A stretch of 64,000 nucleotides of DNA from a virus (IMGVR_UViG_3300026980_000004); one strand, 5' to 3'; positions 20,828 through 33,594 are shown, numbered from the stretch's first letter. A program made the numbers and translations. The notes: generated by a model from the sequence alone, not told the origin.

Positions 20828-23800
20828 TTTATTTATTATTTAATTCTTTTAAATATTGTTTAATATCCGATTTATTTATTTTTTCAATTTCACTATATTT
20901 AATATCATAAATAAAATCATTTATAATTCTCCGTTTTAGTTCCTCTGATACATAACCAATTGAATTTTCCTTCTTATATACATTTTTAAATATTTGAAAG
21001 TAATTACTAATATATGGATCATCCATTAGTCTATATGGACTAACCGTAGCTAACCTACCAGTAAATATTAATGAAAATAAACTACTAATAAAATATCCAA
21101 TCATTACAAATAATTTCATTATTATTATAATCATAATTTTCTTTATTTAAAATTTTACAATATATTTACTAACTATCTTATTTATATTAAATTCTGTATC
21201 TTTGCAATTCTTTGCAACAATCTTAATCATCTTGTCATAAGTTACACACCCATTATTAAAATGCTCCATAATCCTATGAATATTCATAGTTCTTCTATCA
21301 TCCATGTAATATTTTACATCTGGAAAATAAATAGAATCAATCTCCTTCAATACCTTATTATAAAAATTATCAACAATCTCCATATTATTTTATTTTAACT
21401 CATTTATTTTTATCGTAAATATTATTTAATTCCAATAATTTTTTTAACTTTCTGTATGATCTTCTTACACTCTTATTTTTTGTAATAATTTTTTTTGTTA
21501 CATACCTCTTTGGACTTTTATACTCAAAATCCCACATTGAATATGATATGTCAGGTAAATTAATATTCCTCTCAATAATATGATTAGATACACAATATAA
21601 TAATACCCTATTATTATGTAAACCAATTATAATATTATCATCAGTATAACCAAAACCAATGTTTTTTCCATTTACCCATTTCTCAATTCTTGGCTTAACA
21701 ATTGCAAATTTATTTGATAAAACTAATATTGTCTTATAATGCTCAGAATTTGCATCCAAATATTCATTAATACTTTTATACATAACTTAATTAATCAAAA
21801 GTAAAACCAACAAATTCAAAATCATCTAATATTAATAAACGTAGTGTTGTATAATCTGTATTTTTAGTCGATACAAGATATTTATAAAACTTGCTTCGAA
21901 TAGTAGATTTAAATTTTTCATCATAAAAGATATAAACACTAGAATATTTAGTCAAAAAATCTTTGTCACGACAATACCAACCCTTTGAATTTTCATCCCA
22001 AATAAATTTATTATCAGGGAATTTATTTCTTAGAAAATCTCCCAATAATTCGTACTCCCTTTTCATAATCAATAACCGTTTTGTTTCATTGATCAAATAT
22101 AACCAAATTTTGGATAATAAAAAAATATTATCCCAATATTTCAAAAAAAATTTTACCTACTAAAAACATCATCAATATATTTTAAGTTATATATTCTAAT
22201 TATTGAATATTCCACATCCGAATTTTCAAAATACTTTAACTTAATAAAACCTTCATCACCATAAATATTTACTAATTCTTTTAACCATTGAATAAATGTA
22301 CTTTCACAATTAATTTGAATAATATTCTTAGATAATGGTAACTCTGGAACTGATATAATAGGATATATAATATCTTTATTTTTAATATCCTCATACCAAT
22401 TATTTAATCTAATATTCATAACAATATAATATTATTTAATTTAAAATATTCAATAATTGCTTTCATTCTAACATACCCACATCTGTCAGACCAATAACTA
22501 AACGGAATACCATTTTCAATATTATATAAAATATATTCCTTATTTTCAGAAGTCTCTAAATCAAAATCCTTAAATCCACTCTTGTAAAATACCTTGACTA
22601 AATTCTTTGCATTCGATTTATCAATACCTCGATTATTATTGATATCATCCTGAATCTTTGACATTAATTCAATACGTCTATTGGAAAATGCAAAATATTT
22701 TTTATCTTCTTTAGATAATCTTTTCCTGTACTTATTCTTATCAAATAATGATAAGTTAATCCTTAATTTAGCACCCGAATTGTATTGCTTGTAATTATAA
22801 TAAACATCATAATCAGCAATCCAATAACAACTAGATAAATAATTCTCATATACTCTTACCAATCCATTGATAGAATCAGCAATACGACCGTTTAAAAAAT
22901 TATATAATTTAGTTTTTGACTTAAATACATAACTTCTCTTTCCCAATGAACTTTCATCACTAGGAAAAAAAATATATTCCCTTTTCCTACAATTTCTTAA
23001 TTTCATTTTAATCTAAATTTTTATCATCGGATAAATCAGGTAATTTTCTATCATTTAATGCAATAAATCTATTAGCCCTAAATGTATCAAACTTAAAAAC
23101 TAATTTATAATCAATTCTTTCTTGCTCCTTATTGAATATACCCAATAAATAAGATTTATCAGTCCTATAAAATACAGAACTGGAAAACCCACCATTAAAT
23201 GAAATAGATACCCTATCAACTCTATCCAATAATTCCAATATATACCCAATACCAACTATACTATCTTTACTCATTTCTTTATCACATTTAAATAATCAAT
23301 AATCACATGATATGAATACCATTTATTAACCAAATATACATCATTATTTTTAATTAAACAATACCTATATCCATATTTATTCAAATAATTATAAATCTTA
23401 TCCAATTCAATTGAATTACTATTGTATCTATTATACTTATTTACCAATATGGATACATCTATTAATCCAATCAAAATTATATTATTTAATTAATATACCC
23501 AAACTGATACCAATTACCAAAACAATTACAATAATAAGTATTACCACAACTATCGCAACCTCCCTGAAATATCTAAAATCCATATATAGATTATTTATTT
23601 TTATTTAAAACCCAATTTAAAATATTTATCATTGATTCATAGTGTGAAATATCATTAGAATTATCAACAAATTCATAATCCTCCTCCTGCCGTAATATAT
23701 ATATACGATCTTTGAGTTTCTTAATTTGTGCTTCAATCTCTTCTCTTGTTTTCATATCATTCACCATTTACAAAATAAATATCATCATCATTATTAAAAA

Positions 23801-24471
23801 ATGTATTAATTGGTTCAAATTTATGAGTTAATTGACCATTATCCATAAATACCCAAAATCCTTCAACACTATCACATTTACAAATATCCCTATCAATATG
23901 TCTATTCCAAGAATCTTTATAGGTTATTCTAATTATTGGATATTCACCACCCTTTATTTTCTTAAATTTATAGTATTTCATACATTATTCTACTTATTTA
24001 ATGCATCAATCAAACCCTTATTAACCTCAGTTAATTTATTAACAGTTTCAACCAACTCGTTAATCTTATCCATCATCACAACCATATTGTTAGTCGTAGC
24101 CTCTGGCACTGACTTAGTATCATAATCAACCCACTTTCTTACAGTATCAGGAAAATCCCAACCCGTTAATCCTTGAATTCTTAAATCATTCTTATTTTCA
24201 GCTTCCATAATTTTTTATTTTATCTATTACTAATTCAACCTTATTAAAATAATCATTATTCCACTTATGAGTTTTTTCTACATCACTTAACATAGTTACA
24301 ATATCATCAACCAAAACCCCATATAAAATAAGACCCATACCAACTTTTGGTTTTAATCTATTTAATAAATCAATATCTGTCATATACCAAATCCGTTTTC
24401 TTTCATTGATCAAATATACAAAAAAAATCCGAAACAAAAAATTCTAATGAAAATTTGTCCCAGAATTTTTT

Positions 24472-24885
24472 CTAATATTTCTTGTACTCATCTAAATCAA
24501 AACAAACTAACTTGTTTTCTTTGTTCCATCCAACTTCACCCCTACAACTATTTGCAAATAGTATCTCCCTTAATGTTAGTTCCTTACTCGAAAACTTAAT
24601 AGGTTCTACATACTCTTGCTCAACTATTGTATTATCTGACGATATCTCAGTAAACGCAAATTCACTCTTATCATCCGAATCATTGTAAATATCGTACTCT
24701 AGTTTATTATGATTTATACCATCTGAATTAATTAAAACCTTAATTACTTTAGTCTTGTCTTCATTAACAAATACATTTCTAGTTAATCCACTATCATAAA
24801 ACTTCCATTGCTCACCCTTGTAAAATATATACTCGAAATCCCTTTCTATATCATTTGTCTTATTTAATATTTCTATCTTACTCAT
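24472..24885 (-). CDS. Small protein-kinase-like fold protein
   Basis: SGLTRNVF...KVIKV...NKLE...VGW...LVCFD resemble kinase subdomains. Confidence 0.45.
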   Translation of the reverse strand: MSKIEILNKTNDIERDFEYIFYKGEQWKFYDSGLTRNVFVNEDKTKVIKVLINSDGINHNKLEYDIYNDSDDKSEFAFTEISSDNTIVEQEYVEPIKFSSKELTLREILFANSCRGEVGWNKENKLVCFDLDEYKKY

Positions 24886-25674
24886 TTTAAATCCCTATTT
24901 ATATAATCATTTTTTAATAAATTATAACTCGCAACCAATAAAGAATTTTTTAAATCCTCTATAAATTTAAGCGAACTACCATGACACTTTAAAAAATATG
25001 GTTCGTTGTTTAAATCATCCATATGCTTTTGATATATATCCAAACACTCCATCTCAGTCACAAAATCTTTAATATATGACTTATCTAAATTATCACCACT
25101 CGGTTGAAATACAAAGAACGTAGTTAATAATATAAACTCCTCCCTTGATATCTTCTCACAATATTCAAGAACTCTCTTCTGAATTGTTATATATAAATCA
25201 TTATTATTCATTATTACTTAATCTATAAACTCATTTTTTACACTCTTAATTAATTCACATAACCTATTGTAACCCTTCTCTCTCGGAAAGAATTTCATCA
25301 AACGTAATTTTCATAATATTTAACTTATTTTAAATTAACTAAATCTAATTAATTTACTCTCCATAATATGAGGAAATTCACTAATGTCCTCACCACTGTC
25401 TAAATCCCGATATATACCATGCTCATTAGTCTCAGTATCCCTAATTACCATATGATAACCATTCCATTCAATAGATATCTTTAACTCATCCATGTAATTC
25501 TCTAATGCCCTTAACTTAATTGTTAATGGATGCACCTCTGTAAGTCTCTTTGTCATAATAAATTTGTTTTTATTTTCATTGATCAAATATACAAATAATT
25601 TTCCGAAATAAAAAAACCAAACCCCAAATATTTTTTTACTATATTTGTCACAAATATTTAAAAAACCATTCAAT

Positions 25675-26157
25675 ATGAAAACATTCGAATATACAGCTGA
25701 ACTATCAATTAAAATTGGCGAAAATATATGGTATGAAACAATTAAAGCAATTGATTATTATGACGCAATTGAAATATTAGAAACACTCTACCCAAAAGCC
25801 TTTATAAGAAATATTAAAATAAATAACCTACATAAAAATATAAATAATTCAGAACTATTAAATATATTAAATAATAAATATAAAACAGAATATAAAAATG
25901 CTATCGTTGGTATTATGAATGATATAATTAATAATAATAAATATTATAATTATTTCCATTACTTTATCAATAGCCACCATACACTAAAACAAGAATTATC
26001 CGATATCCTGTTTAATAATAATGTATTAAACTATAAACACGATTATTCATTATATGATTCAATAACACTCTACTCAGCAATAAAATATAACCTCAAACCA
26101 ATCATAAACCAATACCAAAATGAAATTAAACCAATTAAAATAACTAAATTTAAATAA
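25675..26157 (+). CDS. Hypothetical protein
   Basis: Has its own plus-strand TATATTTG promoter at about 25641, divergent from the minus-strand promoter at 25584. Confidence 0.55.
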   Translation: MKTFEYTAELSIKIGENIWYETIKAIDYYDAIEILETLYPKAFIRNIKINNLHKNINNSELLNILNNKYKTEYKNAIVGIMNDIINNNKYYNYFHYFINSHHTLKQELSDILFNNNVLNYKHDYSLYDSITLYSAIKYNLKPIINQYQNEIKPIKITKFK

Positions 26158-26161
26158 TATC

Positions 26162-27070
26162 CTATCCCTCTACCCATATATTATCACTAAAATACTTATC
26201 TTTAATATAATCACCTAATAATATATGATCATAATCAACTATTTTATATATCCCATCATTAAAAATTGAATACTCTAAATTATCATCAATATAATAATCA
26301 AAATTAATACATTTATAATCATTAAAATTATTAACAATTTCATTATAATATATTCTAGTATCATCAGTAAAAGATTCCTTATCAATAACAACAATTGGTT
26401 TAAAATTAATATTATATACATCCTTAAACTTCTCCATGATTATATGCGAACCACATACTGGACTAAAATTAGAATTGATAATTTCTAAACTATCTAAAAT
26501 AATATCCATACCAACTTTTGGACTAAAATTAGAATCAATAACCCCTAAATTTTCTAAATATAATGCACCACCAACAATAGGACTGAATTTAGAATTAATC
26601 TTAACTAAATTATCTAAACCTAAATCACTACCAACTATAATATTAAAATTATACCCACCAATACTCTCTAATTTACTAATATCTATAATACCACCAACAA
26701 TAACATCAAAATTAGCATCAATATTCTTTAAATTATATAAAATTAAATTATCCCTGACTAAACAATTGAAATTCCCCGATAAATATCCCAAATTATATAT
26801 ATCAATCGTACCATATGACTTTAATGTAATATCACCCATAATATATTCTAAATTATTTAGAAATATATCACCATATACTATAATCGATATATCACCCGAT
26901 AAATACCTTAAATTATCCATGACTAAATAATTGTGAATAATACCCCTAAAACCACTCGGAATATACCCAACATACCTAAATCCTCTGTTGTCTGTAATAA
27001 CCGACCTACCATAAAATTGATCCTCAGTTATACCAACTTCCTTGCAAAAATTATTAATTACCCTGTCCAT
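26162..27070 (-). CDS. Tandem 22-aa repeat (LRR-like solenoid) protein
   Basis: Repeats of the form VGGxLxLxNLxxIxxNFSPx. Confidence 0.7.
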   Translation of the reverse strand: MDRVINNFCKEVGITEDQFYGRSVITDNRGFRYVGYIPSGFRGIIHNYLVMDNLRYLSGDISIIVYGDIFLNNLEYIMGDITLKSYGTIDIYNLGYLSGNFNCLVRDNLILYNLKNIDANFDVIVGGIIDISKLESIGGYNFNIIVGSDLGLDNLVKINSKFSPIVGGALYLENLGVIDSNFSPKVGMDIILDSLEIINSNFSPVCGSHIIMEKFKDVYNINFKPIVVIDKESFTDDTRIYYNEIVNNFNDYKCINFDYYIDDNLEYSIFNDGIYKIVDYDHILLGDYIKDKYFSDNIWVEG

Positions 27071-27199
27071 TTCTATCCTTTTTTTGTAAAAATAATATAC
27101 AAATATGTAAATAAAAAATTATTTTTAAGTTTATTTTATAAACTACTCTGTAACTCAAAGTACTTTGCTACGAATTAATAGTAGTAATGATTTTTGAGT

Positions 27200-27720
27200 T
27201 TATATATAAAAAATTGGATTATATTGTAATGTATTGTGGATTATATTGGATTAATTCATATATGAAAAAAATCTCGTATGTAAATATTGTGTAATTGGAT
27301 TTATTATACAAAAACCCATTTAAATGTATTTTATGTTATTTTAATTAAATTAATGTAAGCCCCACAAATATTTTATAAATACTATCTAAAATTTTTTAAA
27401 AATCTGACTAAAAAATACGTAATGATACTAAAATGATATCAAATATATAAAAAAATATAATTAAATATACTTATGATATCAAATATATAGAATAATATAA
27501 AAAAATATACAATATAATTCAATTAATAATATATAACCGATATAATATAATCCATATACTCAGAACGATAATATAATCAGAACAGCAATACAACCTATAT
27601 ATAATATAACCAATATAATCAGGATAGCAATATTTAAGTACATTGTATTGGATTAATCTTACCCCTATAACCATGAGTGGGTATATTGTATATTTAAGTA
27701 CATTGTATTGGATTAGTTTA
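27200..27720. repeat. Non-coding region with direct and inverted short repeats
   Basis: GGATTATATTG x2 (27216, 27238); AATATAATC x3 in the opposite orientation (27544, 27570, 27612); ATGATATCAAATATATA x2 (27433, 27473); 26-bp direct repeat at 27630 and 27690. Confidence 0.7.
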
Positions 27721-28041
27721 AAAAATATTATTTTATTTAATTTAAAAAAACCAAATAATATTAATTAGCCATAAGATAATATTATTTTCTTTTTTTCTTA
27801 ATAAGTATTTTTTCTGACATTTTTTCATCGAATACAATAAAAGTAGCTAAGTGTGTAATAATTGGTGCGATTAGGCATATGATTAAAATAGGTGAAAGCC
27901 ACATTGGAAAGTCATTTTCTTCTGTATATACATTAATAAAGTAATAGCATGAGTGGATACCTAGTAAAAACCAGATTATTAGAATAGTTGTGAGCATTGT
28001 GTTGTATTTAATTTTATTGAATATTTTGTATATATTGAATA

Positions 28042-28623
28042 TTATATTTCTGGATTAACTAATAACCAAATCCAAATATTTTCTTGATCTATTATATTTC
28101 TTGTATTTTTTAATAGATTTAATTCTTTTTCTAATATATGTAAATTTGTTGGGTGTGCAATAAATTCGGGTGATATTGAATTATCAAAACCGTATTTTAT
28201 ACTTATTTTATGATCTATATGATATGTAAAAAAATTTCTTTTTTCTATATTTTTTATATTATTTTTATTTTGTTCTGTTAATAATCTTACCTCTTCAGAA
28301 TAATAATCAAATTCATTCCAATATTTTTTTCTTTTTTTATTATTTTTTGTATATTTTGATTTATTTTTATCCTTATCCTTTTTATTAATATTATTATCCT
28401 TTTTTGTTATATCCTTTTTATTAATATCCTTTTTATTAATATCCTTATCTTTTTTTGTTATATCCTTTTTATTAATATATTTAATTCCTATTAATTCTCT
28501 ATATTCCTCACCATATTCTTTCAAGTAACATTCAATGCACCAAACAGAATATCCTTTACTAGATATTTTATCGAATTTATCTAAATTATATTTATTTTTA
28601 CATTTGGGACATTCCTTCATCAT
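28042..28623 (-). CDS. Putative HNH-like nuclease with N-terminal Zn finger and KKDIN/KKDIT low-complexity repeats
   Basis: CPKC..CIEC; YHIDHKISIKYGF...HPTNL...N. Confidence 0.55.
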   Translation of the reverse strand: MMKECPKCKNKYNLDKFDKISSKGYSVWCIECYLKEYGEEYRELIGIKYINKKDITKKDKDINKKDINKKDITKKDNNINKKDKDKNKSKYTKNNKKRKKYWNEFDYYSEEVRLLTEQNKNNIKNIEKRNFFTYHIDHKISIKYGFDNSISPEFIAHPTNLHILEKELNLLKNTRNIIDQENIWIWLLVNPEI

Positions 28624-28974
28624 AATATTAATTTATATTATTTAAGTTATATTCAATATTATCCATATTACTTTATTTAGGGTACATTGTAGGGGTTTAA
28701 ATATAATTTATATAACAATATACTATTTTTATAAGAAAGTCTCTTAGAATTAAGATATACTGTATTATTATTGAAATATTAGTACAATGTATATAATATT
28801 ATTCTTTAGAAGTTTTATTAAATGAATCCATGATTCTTTTATGCATTTTTCTATATTGTTCTTTATTTCCGTGTAATGGAGTTTCCCAGAACTGATTTTT
28901 TTCCCAAAATTCTTTTGTTAGGTATGGATGTCTTTTATCGTATGCCATTTTAATTAATTTTTATTTGTTATGTA

Positions 28975-29565
28975 TTATATTACGTAAGTCTTACAATAAT
29001 CATTTTTACTTCCCTTTTTCCATACAAAATGTGCATATTCAATACTATCGGTTGCACCATTCATAAATGAAATTCTTTTATGATGAACAAAGCAATATTC
29101 AGGCATATTATTTTCAAATAACTGCTTCCTTTTTTTACTTCCAAAAAAATTAAGTCTTAAAAGCATGACCACATAACCACCATCATTTACAAATTCAAAT
29201 GATTTTGTAATAAAATCTTCAGCCAAATAGAAAGGTGGATTACTAATTATAATATCGTGGTTACTCATATTTTCTTTTTCACAATCCAAATAATTCATAA
29301 TAATATCGGCTCTACTATCTTCTCTTATATCAATTCCACAAATATTATAAGGATTGAAAAATCTTTTTATTACACTTATATAACTCGCTTCATTTTCAGC
29401 ATCACCCCCACAACAAGGATCTAACCAATCAAGTTTTTCCATGCTTTTAGTATCTTTATCTAATACAGTATATTGTAAATGATACATAAATTCTTCAATG
29501 TCTTTTTGTGGTGTGACATAATAATCACTTTTATGTCTATCGTAACCTCTATTTGTACTACTCAT
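28975..29565 (-). CDS. DNA amino-methyltransferase (N6A/N4C type)
   Basis: LDPCCGG motif I and ISNPPF motif IV. Confidence 0.85.
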   Translation of the reverse strand: MSSTNRGYDRHKSDYYVTPQKDIEEFMYHLQYTVLDKDTKSMEKLDWLDPCCGGDAENEASYISVIKRFFNPYNICGIDIREDSRADIIMNYLDCEKENMSNHDIIISNPPFYLAEDFITKSFEFVNDGGYVVMLLRLNFFGSKKRKQLFENNMPEYCFVHHKRISFMNGATDSIEYAHFVWKKGSKNDYCKTYVI

Positions 29566-29589
29566 TTTATTTAATTTTTATTTGTTATG

Positions 29590-30165
29590 TTAATCTTCAA
29601 GATATGCAATATATGCTTTTATTACTTTAGTTATTTGTTTAAATTCCTGTGTATCTCTTGGGGTTTCAATTACCTCATCGGATTTTAGGAATTCTTTCCA
29701 TTGTTCTACTGTTCTTTTTTCACAACCAATATGGATTAAATTTTCATTTGTAATTCCATGATCCCATTTACAATAAATTGGAAATTTAGTAATATTACTT
29801 AAATTTGCATTACTTAAATTAGCATTACTTAAATCTGCATTACTTAAATATGCATTACTTAAATATGCATTACTTAAATTTGCATTAAATAAATCTGCAT
29901 TAAATAAATTTGCATTTCTTAAATTTGCATTACTTAAATTAGCATATCTTAAATCTGCATTAAATAAATTTGCATTACTTAAATCTGCATTACTTAAATT
30001 AGCATATCTTAAATCTGCATTAAATAAATTTGCATTACTTAAATCTGCATTACTTAAATCTGCATTACTTAAATCTGCATTACTTAAATTTGCACGTTTA
30101 CCACCTTTATTATTCAGCCATAATTTATGGTCTTCTAATATTTTATTTAATTCTAATTGATTCAT
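29590..30165 (-). CDS. Pentapeptide repeat protein
   Basis: About 20 A(D/N/Y)L(S/F/R)N repeats, from a 15-bp tandem DNA repeat. Confidence 0.95.
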   Translation of the reverse strand: MNQLELNKILEDHKLWLNNKGGKRANLSNADLSNADLSNADLSNANLFNADLRYANLSNADLSNANLFNADLRYANLSNANLRNANLFNADLFNANLSNAYLSNAYLSNADLSNANLSNANLSNITKFPIYCKWDHGITNENLIHIGCEKRTVEQWKEFLKSDEVIETPRDTQEFKQITKVIKAYIAYLED

Positions 30166-30804
30166 TTTTATTTGATTCTTGCGTTTGGATTAACTAAATC
30201 TTGTGGAACGAATGTGCCATTATTTTTGATAATATTTTTACAGATTGATTTTAATCTGTCTTTTTTATTCCAATATTTTGATCTATATATTTCCCTTACC
30301 TTTTCACATTCTGCATATAGGGGTTTATCCATTTCATCATCATGAATAATACTTGTTTCAAAAGCAGTTTCAATTAAATGCATTTGATCTAATTCAAATA
30401 TTTCATTTAATTTTTTAACGATTGAACTATCACTACAACTAAAATCATCAATATCACCAATAATAAAATCATTTACTCTACCGACATATGATAAGAACAT
30501 TGCACCCTTTGCACATACGGTACATTCTGGAATTGATTTTGTATTAATAATATCCTTAACACTTTCATAATCACTATCAGTATAATCTTCTAAACCATCA
30601 ACGGTACATGTTCGATTAAAATTAAATTTATTTATATTAATTCTTAACAATGTATCTCTTGCAATTTCAACCCTTTTTTCTGCATCTGTCATTTTATTGA
30701 ATGCATCATTTGATTGTTCGATTCTTTCTCTGAGTTGTTTAAGTGACTTTATCATTATTTTATTTATTTAATTGATTTAAGTGTTTTTATTCTATTTTTG
30801 GTTG

Positions 30805-30890
30805 TGTTATCTATATATTAATAGATATTTCCGAGTGAATAAATTCCTCAGATTAAGGTTGCACAACCAACCTAATTACTTTCGTAATCA
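30805..30890 (-). ncRNA. Candidate structured RNA, copy 1
   Basis: About 85-nt intergenic repeat with four hairpins; near-identical to 32749-32833. Confidence 0.45.
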
Positions 30891-31818
30891 AATTAATTTA
30901 TTTAATTGGTCTTAGGCCAAACGGAACGCAATCTAGTCCATATTCAAAAGTATAACCTAATAATTCCAATTCATTTAAAAAGTTATTTAATTCATTAAAT
31001 GGAATTTCATTAGGAAACATATATGAATATTTTTCACAAACATTTTTTACCTGTGTAGGTACTAAGTTTAAATTTTGAAATAGGTCTTCCATAATTAAAT
31101 TAGATAAAGTCAATATTTTCAACTTTAAGGTTATAACCAACCAAATTGGTCAATTCATTATACAAATCCATATATTCTTCTTTTTTTGCATGAATTGATT
31201 CTGCGATATAGGCTCTATTAATCATTGTATGTTGTCCAATATGGGCATATCCACTAAGCAAATTGTAATTATATGGGTGAACGTCATCAATAAAGACTGC
31301 ATAAACCTCATTATCCTTTTCATGTTTAAAGAATTTTACCTTTGTCATTCCAGTTTCGATTGTTGTATTCATTTCTAATTGTGTTTTGAATTATGGTTCA
31401 ATATACGCACAAATTTTTTTATTTCCAAACGTATAATCCAAAAATTCTCCAAAAAGCAATAATATTCATACCAAAATAAAATATTAAAATATTTAACATA
31501 TTTGGATTATTTATCATTGGCATTGTTAAGGTACTAATTAAAATAAATGATAGAAATATTCTAATTAATTCATTTTGGGAATCATACCATTTATTTGATT
31601 CTTTTATTAACTGTTTCATATAATTTTATTTATTTTCTATACCAAATATTAGTTGTGCCATACAATGTAGTTTTATTAATCGGGATTTGATAATTAATAT
31701 TATCTTGATTAATATTATTATATGGTAAATAAAATTTATTCTTATTAATCGGAGTTATATAGATTAATAAGAATATAATTATAAGGAATATTTTTTTAAA
31801 CATATTTAATTTATTTTA

Positions 31819-32079
31819 TTACCACCTCACGATTAATGCTTCCAGTTTATCACCTAATATTGATGATCCATAATTTTCATATTTCATTTTAATTAATGGA
31901 TAATATTCACTCCCATTTGGAGTTGTAATAATAAAAGGTAATTTTCTTTTATCCTCACTAATTTGTAGTGCATCTAAAATAAAATCATTTAAGTTATTTG
32001 GTTCTCCATCAGAACTACGCACAACATTGTATAAATGTTCATTGCCTTGTTCGTCTGTAATTTTAAGTTCAAGTTTCAT
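31819..32079 (-). CDS. Cassette-type protein at the solo hairpin site
   Basis: Starts in the loop and reads ...HLYNVVRSS across the ACAAC core. Confidence 0.65.
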   Translation of the reverse strand: MKLELKITDEQGNEHLYNVVRSSDGEPNNLNDFILDALQISEDKRKLPFIITTPNGSEYYPLIKMKYENYGSSILGDKLEALIVRW

Positions 32080-32150
32080 ATTTAATTTGTGATTGATAAT
32101 TAAGTTCATTTAATAGGTAACGCCATTTATACTTTACCTTTAGCCGTAAT
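32014..32150. repeat. Degenerate solo attC-like site
   Basis: ACTACGCACAAC-attGTATAAATGttcattgcc...ggtaacgcCATTTATACtttacc-TTTAGCCGTAAT; the core GTT appears mutated to TTT. Confidence 0.7.
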
Positions 32151-32271
32151 TTTTTAATAAGCCATACCCAAACCCCATTTTACTTTTAATGTCTAAACAT
32201 TCCTCATAAGTTCCTTCGAATATAACTCTCATTGTAGGACTTAATAAACTAATTACTTTATAATTATTCAT
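32140..32271 (-). CDS. 43-aa hypothetical protein ending in the degenerate core (...LLKNYG*)
   Basis: Hand-translated; same NYG* ending as cassette ORF 4446. Confidence 0.5.
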   Translation of the reverse strand: MNNYKVISLLSPTMRVIFEGTYEECLDIKSKMGFGYGLLKNYG

Positions 32272-32748
32272 CTGTGTTATAATATTATAATTCAATTAAT
32301 TCACAATGATATTCAATTGTTAATTTAGGTTCTGTAATGATATTATAATCAATCCATTTACCTTCTTTGACTAATTTGATTTTTTTTCTGTTAAATAACT
32401 TTCGATTTTTTTTATTATCTTGAAGCATATTTTTAATCGTATCTTCTTTAAATTTACTATACTGAACAGGAAATAAATCTTCAACACTCAAACCAATAAT
32501 ATCTCCAAGTGAAAATGGATTGGAACTCATGTCATAAAAAGAAGTGATTATTGTTTCTTCTTGATTATTTAAATATAAGTGAATTGTCATTTTATTTTAA
32601 TTAAAATATTCCAATATCAATTTTGTATTAATTATTAACCAGACAATAACTGTTGGTACAAATAATCTCCAAAACCATTTTTTGTTTGCGTAAATCTTTT
32701 TAAATGAATTCATAATTGTATTTTATTTAATTTAATAATTTTTTGTTA

Positions 32749-32833
32749 TGTTATCTATTTTATATAGATATTTCCGAGTGAATAAATTCCTCAGATTAAG
32801 GTTGCACAACCAACCTAATTGCTTTTGCAATCA
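32749..32833 (-). ncRNA. Candidate structured RNA, copy 2
   Basis: Begins about 7 nt downstream of the TATATTTG promoter element (32840-32847). Confidence 0.45.
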
Positions 32834-32891
32834 TATATTCAAATATAAGCAAAAAAATATTAGAAACAAAAAAAATCCCCAAGAAATATTT

Positions 32892-33125
32892 TCAAAGGGT
32901 TTTAAATTTATTCTTTGATTTTTCTAGTTTATAATCAAATAATTCAATAAATTCAATCTTTTCCTTTTTAGTAGAATTATTAAACATATTTACAATAAGA
33001 ACATCCCAATCACCGCTTTCAATCATTAGATCACGGTATGAATCAGTAAGTTCTTTAATGTTCTTTGAATTATATCCTGTATAAAGATAATCTTCAGCTT
33101 GCTTATCGTATAATCTATAGTACAT
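32892..33125 (-). CDS. Hypothetical protein, paralog of 36536-36778
   Basis: YRLxDKQ...YxxTGYNS...ELxxSY...DWD...EKSKxKF. Confidence 0.7.
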   Translation of the reverse strand: MYYRLYDKQAEDYLYTGYNSKNIKELTDSYRDLMIESGDWDVLIVNMFNNSTKKEKIEFIELFDYKLEKSKNKFKTL

Positions 33126-33512
33126 TGTTATTATAGAATTGAATTAAATATTATGTCTTTTTCTTTTGGATTTAAATTAATTACTTTCCATATTGCTTGT
33201 TTATGAAAAGTAGAACCGTTGAATGCCAATTTAAGAATATGTCTTATTGCATCCATATCAGATTTAAATTTATTTTTATCATCAATTTTTTGAATTTGAT
33301 AATCACCGTCTTGAGAACCCTCACAAATGAAAATACCCCAACCTTCCGATTCTGCAATTAAATTAATTTGATCTATTGACATAACATAATTTGGTTGAAT
33401 TAATTATTCAAATATAAGCAAAAAAATATTAGAAACAAAAAAAAATCCCCAGAAACTTTCTGAGGACTTTAAATCAATCAATTTAACCTTAATCAACTAT
33501 GAAAGAAAATTG

Positions 33513-33587
33513 TGGGTGCGGAGTGATTCGAACACTCGACCTTTGTCTTATGAGGACACCGCTACCAACCAACTGAGCTACGCACCC
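33513..33587 (-). tRNA. tRNA with CAT anticodon (Ile2 or elongator Met)
   Basis: GGGTGCG/CGCACCC acceptor stem, TAGCTCAGTTGG D-arm, CTCATAA anticodon loop, GTTCGAATC T-loop. The G1-C72 pair argues against an initiator tRNA. No encoded CCA. Confidence 0.9.
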
Positions 33588-33594
33588 ATTTTAA

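Larger units (their letters stand above)
7128..25557 (-). other. Dense tandem block of about 50 small hypothetical phage ORFs
   Basis: Co-oriented and tightly packed, often with ATGA overlaps, and punctuated by TAnnTTTG promoters. Confidence 0.8.

Noticed and set aside
29780-30095. 15-bp tandem DNA repeat as a non-coding array
   Set aside because: Fully explained by the pentapeptide-repeat coding sequence.
30805-30890. Hammerhead ribozyme (CTGAGGA...GAAA) in the duplicated RNA
   Set aside because: No stem II between the motifs and no U-H cleavage site after stem III. CTGAGGA is better explained as part of a hairpin.
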